DNA from: Sphyrna mokarran
Lineage: Eukaryota
DNA length: 64,000 nucleotides
Assembly: GCA_024679065.1 (NCBI GenBank)
Contig: JAGIQG010000006.1
Coordinates: 87,296,001 to 87,360,000 of the forward strand
Reading direction: 5' to 3'
Of this stretch, positions 63,201 to 64,000 are shown one piece after another; the stretch's first letter is position 1, and every line of letters starts with the position of its first letter. The notes under the pieces are model-generated. The model had not been told where the DNA came from and ran no database searches. It saw nothing but the letters and a program-made list of their open reading frames with translations. The position numbers were made by a program, and so were the translations under genes.

Positions 63201-63234
63201 GACTGTGATAATGGTGCTGATGAAGAAGACTGTA
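230..63234 (+). CDS. VLDLR-like: Spliced gene, open at the 3' end: giant VLDLR-derived LDL-receptor-family protein with at least 4.2 tandem ectodomain modules (53 exons, about 2740 aa in window)
   Basis: Hand-traced exons with AG/GT (three GC) boundaries and matching phases. Peptides closely match VLDLR ([84 protein letters not shown]). Propeller exon sizes 172, 213-225, 119, 140 and 142 nt recur in every module. Confidence 0.9.
900..1380 (-). mobile_element. Highly decayed CR1 LINE fragment
   Basis: Patchy similarity to the 3' ORF2 region of the CR1 copies in this window (e.g. ggtgtggtcgaaccagggccttatata); limits approximate. Confidence 0.5.
1726..1848 (+). CDS. Module 1, LDLRA (VLDLR LA3-like)
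   Basis: ttttcag|; [41 protein letters not shown]; |gtatgt; 123 nt, phase 1-1. Confidence 0.93.
2646..3011 (+). CDS. Module 1, triple LDLRA exon (LA4-6)
   Basis: tttag|; [16 protein letters not shown]...[11 protein letters not shown]; |gtaagt; 366 nt. Confidence 0.95.
3800..4445 (+). mobile_element. Decayed non-LTR retrotransposon 3' portion (CR1/L2-group, distinct from the FADD-type CR1 copies)
   Basis: Relic peptide [22 protein letters not shown] resembles the post-RT region of this group; ends near aataaatactgg. Confidence 0.6.
4617..4736 (+). CDS. Module 1, LDLRA (LA7)
   Basis: tttcag|cag NAGNAG acceptor; [39 protein letters not shown]; |gtaagt. Confidence 0.9.
4814..4936 (+). CDS. Module 1, LDLRA (LA8)
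   Basis: ccag|; [40 protein letters not shown]; |gtatgt. Confidence 0.92.
5230..5715 (+). mobile_element. Decayed CR1 3' end
   Basis: Relics ggcctttattgcaagggg and gatcttattaaatggcagagcaggcttgagaggctgaa; limits approximate. Confidence 0.5.
5900..7400 (+). mobile_element. Decayed Ingi/Vingi-like non-LTR retrotransposon RT region
   Basis: Ordered relic motifs [57 protein letters not shown]...KLNAAMHIV; many frameshifts. Confidence 0.55.
7513..7632 (+). CDS. Module 1, EGF-A
   Basis: [39 protein letters not shown]; donor G|GCAAGT (GC-AG intron). Confidence 0.92.
7703..7828 (+). CDS. Module 1, EGF-B
   Basis: [42 protein letters not shown]; donor G|GCAAGT. Confidence 0.92.
8101..10293 (-). mobile_element. 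5'-truncated CR1 LINE (ORF2 RT, frameshifted)
   Basis: ORF pieces 9559-10167, 8693-9544, 8502-8729 and 8283-8492 carry [44 protein letters not shown] and RPHLEYC; CR1-type 3' end at about 8101. Confidence 0.95.
10891..11062 (+). CDS. Module 1, propeller exon 1
   Basis: [21 protein letters not shown]...[11 protein letters not shown]; 172 nt, phase 1-2. Confidence 0.93.
11222..11364. repeat. Short palindromic repeat relic (Penelope-like)
   Basis: Inverted arms agtaagaagtct / agacttcttact and tttaattggtagca / tgctgccaaataaa; related pieces at about 43127-43190 and 52400-52522. Confidence 0.55.
11420..11648 (-). mobile_element. Decayed tRNA-derived SINE
   Basis: Shares caatgaagttactg and ggagaatttagcatggccaatgca with the copy at 37345-37605. 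Confidence 0.6.
12876..13100 (+). CDS. Module 1, propeller exon 2
   Basis: KSIDNQSG...[17 protein letters not shown]...[14 protein letters not shown]; 225 nt, phase 2-2. Confidence 0.93.
13416..14465 (-). mobile_element. CR1 LINE fragment, related to the 8101-10293 copy but more deleted
   Basis: [19 protein letters not shown]...[12 protein letters not shown]; CR1 3' end at about 13416. Confidence 0.9.
14628..14746 (+). CDS. Module 1, propeller exon 3
   Basis: AAG acceptor; [24 protein letters not shown]...WPNGITL; 119 nt. Confidence 0.93.
14825..14964 (+). CDS. Module 1, propeller exon 4
   Basis: [28 protein letters not shown]...SIFE; 140 nt. Confidence 0.93.
15657..15798 (+). CDS. Module 1, propeller exon 5
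   Basis: [21 protein letters not shown]...TQPS; 142 nt. Confidence 0.93.
15915..16185 (-). mobile_element. Decayed V-domain SINE
   Basis: Reverse complement of a tRNA head (ggaattgaactcagg; actactgtgcca) and central aacctg...gggaggaaaccc. Confidence 0.6.
16515..16658 (+). CDS. Module 1, EGF-C
   Basis: [21 protein letters not shown]...CVCPAG...RCT; 144 nt, phase 1-1. Confidence 0.92.
17870..17995 (+). CDS. Module 2, LDLRA (LA2-like)
   Basis: aacag|; [41 protein letters not shown]; |gtaagt. Confidence 0.88.
18688..19022 (+). mobile_element. tRNA-derived V-domain SINE with CR1-like tail (HE1-like)
   Basis: A box tagcacagtgg, B box gagtttgattcc, core aaagatgtgcaggttaggttgattggccatgctaaa, tail gatgggctgaaatggcctc...ttctatgatttctat. 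Confidence 0.75.
20371..20490 (+). CDS. Module 2, LDLRA (LA3)
   Basis: [39 protein letters not shown]; 120 nt. Confidence 0.92.
20755..22599 (-). mobile_element. 5'-truncated CR1 LINE, second subfamily, CpG-retaining
   Basis: ORFs 21322-22218 and 20840-21400 with [29 protein letters not shown] and RPHLEYC; 3' tail at about 20755. Confidence 0.95.
22762..23124 (+). CDS. Module 2, triple LDLRA exon (LA4-6)
   Basis: [15 protein letters not shown]...[11 protein letters not shown]; 363 nt. Confidence 0.95.
23772..24052 (-). mobile_element. CR1 3'-end fragment
   Basis: catagatacagtatggaaacagccc...ccttaaacctatgccctc pattern matches the 3' ends of the other CR1 copies. Confidence 0.65.
24228..25750 (-). 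mobile_element. Decayed CR1 LINE
   Basis: Relic [26 protein letters not shown]...[17 protein letters not shown] at 25128-25385. Confidence 0.8.
26340..26785 (+). mobile_element. Highly decayed CR1 3' end
   Basis: gggcataggtttaagg and ggcatggacaagttgg relics; limits approximate. Confidence 0.45.
26822..26947 (+). CDS. Module 2, LDLRA (LA7)
   Basis: [41 protein letters not shown]; 126 nt. Confidence 0.92.
27019..27135 (+). CDS. Module 2, LDLRA (LA8)
   Basis: [39 protein letters not shown]; 117 nt. Confidence 0.92.
28744..28863 (+). CDS. Module 2, EGF-A
   Basis: [40 protein letters not shown]; 120 nt. Confidence 0.93.
29553..29681 (+). CDS. Module 2, EGF-B
   Basis: [43 protein letters not shown]; 129 nt. 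Confidence 0.92.
30306..30477 (+). CDS. Module 2, propeller exon 1
   Basis: [24 protein letters not shown]...[11 protein letters not shown]; 172 nt. Confidence 0.93.
30796..31008 (+). CDS. Module 2, propeller exon 2
   Basis: MFMYERK...[17 protein letters not shown]...[14 protein letters not shown]; 213 nt. Confidence 0.93.
32181..32299 (+). CDS. Module 2, propeller exon 3
   Basis: [20 protein letters not shown]...SPKGIAL; 119 nt. Confidence 0.93.
32375..32514 (+). CDS. Module 2, propeller exon 4
   Basis: [28 protein letters not shown]...SVFE; 140 nt. Confidence 0.93.
33629..33770 (+). CDS. Module 2, propeller exon 5
   Basis: [21 protein letters not shown]...MQPS; 142 nt. Confidence 0.93.
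34117..34257 (+). CDS. Module 2, EGF-C
   Basis: [23 protein letters not shown]...CVCPSG...HCEL; 141 nt. Confidence 0.92.
35348..35467 (+). pseudogene. Module 3, dead LDLRA (LA2-like) pseudoexon
   Basis: Homologous to 44272-44394 but acceptor AG>AA, donor GT>CT, TGG>TAG stop at 35407-35409, first Cys lost and one codon deleted. Confidence 0.88.
36070..36192 (+). CDS. Module 3, LDLRA (LA3)
   Basis: [40 protein letters not shown]; 123 nt. Confidence 0.93.
36758..37129 (+). CDS. Module 3, triple LDLRA exon (LA4-6)
   Basis: [16 protein letters not shown]...[11 protein letters not shown]; 372 nt. Confidence 0.95.
37345..37605 (-). mobile_element. tRNA-derived V-domain SINE
   Basis: gtcacaagtaggct...cattaacactgcaatgaagtt...gggaggaaactggagcac...gctgtgaggcagcagtgttaaccactg. 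Confidence 0.75.
37845..37967 (+). CDS. Module 3, LDLRA (LA7)
   Basis: [40 protein letters not shown]; 123 nt. Confidence 0.92.
38050..38166 (+). CDS. Module 3, LDLRA (LA8)
   Basis: [39 protein letters not shown]; 117 nt. Confidence 0.9.
39250..39456 (-). mobile_element. Decayed SINE, same family as 37345-37605
   Basis: caatgaagttgtgaaa...gtgacccaagctgggaattgaac...gcagcaatgctagctactgtgc. Confidence 0.65.
39988..40104 (+). CDS. Module 3, EGF-A
   Basis: [38 protein letters not shown]; 117 nt. Confidence 0.93.
40178..40303 (+). CDS. Module 3, EGF-B
   Basis: [42 protein letters not shown]; 126 nt. Confidence 0.93.
40536..40600 (-). mobile_element. Very short CR1 3'-terminal insertion
   Basis: agaacaacacagcacgagaaaacgggcccttcggccca matches the CR1 3' ends at 8101 and 20755. 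Confidence 0.6.
40751..40922 (+). CDS. Module 3, propeller exon 1
   Basis: [24 protein letters not shown]...[11 protein letters not shown]; 172 nt. Confidence 0.93.
41212..41436 (+). CDS. Module 3, propeller exon 2
   Basis: MSLNKW...[17 protein letters not shown]...[14 protein letters not shown]; 225 nt. Confidence 0.93.
41891..42009 (+). CDS. Module 3, propeller exon 3
   Basis: [20 protein letters not shown]...WPSGIAL; 119 nt. Confidence 0.93.
42086..42225 (+). CDS. Module 3, propeller exon 4
   Basis: [28 protein letters not shown]...SIFQ; 140 nt. Confidence 0.93.
42761..42902 (+). CDS. Module 3, propeller exon 5
   Basis: [21 protein letters not shown]...IQPS; 142 nt. Confidence 0.93.
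43645..43791 (+). CDS. Module 3, EGF-C
   Basis: [23 protein letters not shown]...CLCPPG...YCMA; 147 nt. Confidence 0.92.
44272..44394 (+). CDS. Module 4, LDLRA (LA2)
   Basis: [40 protein letters not shown]; 123 nt. Confidence 0.92.
44814..44936 (+). CDS. Module 4, LDLRA (LA3)
   Basis: [40 protein letters not shown]; 123 nt. Confidence 0.93.
45940..46990 (-). mobile_element. Decayed non-LTR retrotransposon RT region (probably the family of 3800-4445)
   Basis: Patchy LINE-like sequence (ttgccactgatcagcccaagcctgaa; ggaactcctgcagtga); no intact ORF; limits approximate. Confidence 0.45.
48655..49020 (+). CDS. Module 4, triple LDLRA exon (LA4-6)
   Basis: [16 protein letters not shown]...[11 protein letters not shown]; 366 nt. 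Confidence 0.95.
49993..50115 (+). CDS. Module 4, LDLRA (LA7)
   Basis: [40 protein letters not shown]; 123 nt. Confidence 0.92.
50204..50323 (+). CDS. Module 4, LDLRA (LA8)
   Basis: cag|tag NAGNAG acceptor; [39 protein letters not shown]. Confidence 0.9.
51485..51601 (+). CDS. Module 4, EGF-A
   Basis: [38 protein letters not shown]; 117 nt. Confidence 0.93.
51684..51809 (+). CDS. Module 4, EGF-B
   Basis: [42 protein letters not shown]; donor G|GCAAGT. Confidence 0.92.
52386..52536. mobile_element. 123-nt Penelope-like insertion flanked by a 14-bp direct repeat
   Basis: cattctgcatagtg at 52386-52399 and 52523-52536; the insert resembles the reverse complement of 11222-11364. Confidence 0.65.
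54203..54374 (+). CDS. Module 4, propeller exon 1
   Basis: [24 protein letters not shown]...[11 protein letters not shown]; 172 nt. Confidence 0.93.
54873..55088 (+). CDS. Module 4, propeller exon 2
   Basis: MLMDGSTG...[17 protein letters not shown]...[14 protein letters not shown]; 216 nt. Confidence 0.93.
57012..57270 (+). mobile_element. Decayed SINE, same family as 37345-37605, opposite strand
   Basis: agcactgctaccttacag...attcctggcttgg...tccctcccacaatctgaaaga...cattgcaatgttaatgtaagcct. Confidence 0.65.
57475..57593 (+). CDS. Module 4, propeller exon 3
   Basis: [20 protein letters not shown]...WPNAIAL; 119 nt. Confidence 0.93.
57676..57815 (+). CDS. Module 4, propeller exon 4
   Basis: [28 protein letters not shown]...SLFE; 140 nt. 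Confidence 0.93.
58523..58664 (+). CDS. Module 4, propeller exon 5
   Basis: [21 protein letters not shown]...VQPS; 142 nt. Confidence 0.93.
59767..59916 (+). CDS. Module 4, EGF-C
   Basis: [23 protein letters not shown]...CVCPSG...HCKA; 150 nt. Confidence 0.93.
62125..62247 (+). CDS. Module 5, LDLRA (LA2)
   Basis: [40 protein letters not shown]; 123 nt. Confidence 0.92.
63112..63234 (+). CDS. Module 5, LDLRA (LA3); gene continues beyond the window
   Basis: [40 protein letters not shown]; |gtaagt; 123 nt. Confidence 0.92.
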
Positions 63235-64000
63235 GTAAGTTGTTTTGGTCAGGAAATTGATGCTGGCCCAAAGTGTGAGATCTCATTTGGTCTGCCTGGC
63301 CCTTGCTGTGTTCCCTTCCAACATTTCCTCTTCAATTCTTGATTTCCCTGACGTGAAGCAAGATGTATCTGAATTTTTTTGGGGTGACCAAATGATTTCT
63401 CACTTCCTCTAATTTTACACTAAATGGGCTGATGCTATGATGGCCACAAGAATAAGAAATCAGTGGGCTACTGAATGAGCAAAGGCTTGCCCAATGGCAA
63501 ATGTGCAGCAGAAGATTAAACCTATTCCTGCAATCCAAATTGCTATTGTCAATTTCCCCCCAGTATTGACCGGCTTGCTGTGAGCCATGGGTGTGCCTTG
63601 GCCTTGGACTTTTAATAATGGAACACTGATCTTAGCAGGATTGATATATTCACAGCTAGGAGTGAACTCCAAACAGGCAACTCTAAGAAAAAACAATTAT
63701 GCCTCTTTTGGGAAACTTGAATCCTACAATAGCAGGGAAAACCTGGGTCTAGACAGTACACATTTACTATTTCTGCATTAGTAACATTGAGATGAAAAAC
63801 AAGTAACTTTGCAGGTATTCTGAGCCCTAACATTGTATGCTTAAAGTCTGACCTGCCCCGATGCCCCTGACTTAAATGAGCTAGTAAATTTAATGAAAAA
63901 GACTGACTGGAACCCTGATACTGCTTTAACTTCAGGGAGAACCACAGAATCCTGGCACCAAACTTCTGGCCAGTTATGAAAATTAGCAACATGAATTTGG

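Noticed and set aside
230-63234. Calling the gene LRP1, LRP1B or LRP2
   Set aside because: Every module follows VLDLR residue patterns and exon layout with one propeller per cluster; LRP1 and LRP2 have unequal clusters and runs of several propellers.
1726-63234. Assembly artefact (false tandem duplication)
   Set aside because: Modules differ at many residues and in exon lengths, introns are not alignable by eye, and TE insertions are module-specific.

Overview
Eukaryotic, AT-rich, CpG-depleted vertebrate DNA. The interspersed repeats (CR1 LINEs, tRNA-head/V-domain SINEs, Penelope-like palindromic relics) look like those of a cartilaginous fish (inference). Almost the whole window is the 5' part of one plus-strand, intron-rich LDL-receptor-family gene. 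A signal-peptide exon (230-296) is followed by four complete tandem copies and the start of a fifth copy of a VLDLR-type ectodomain module: 6-7 LDLRA repeats, EGF-A, EGF-B, YWTD beta-propeller, EGF-C, equivalent to VLDLR exons 3-15. I traced 53 coding exons by hand with consistent splice phases and no in-frame stop: 8221 nt, about 2740 aa, 28 LDLRA repeats and 4 propellers. No O-linked-sugar, transmembrane or cytoplasmic exon appears before the window ends. The product would be a megalin-scale receptor built by internal multiplication of the VLDLR ectodomain. Module 3 carries a dead LDLRA exon, the modules show a mosaic duplication history, and three introns use GC donors. LA numbering follows human VLDLR as recalled, not as aligned.
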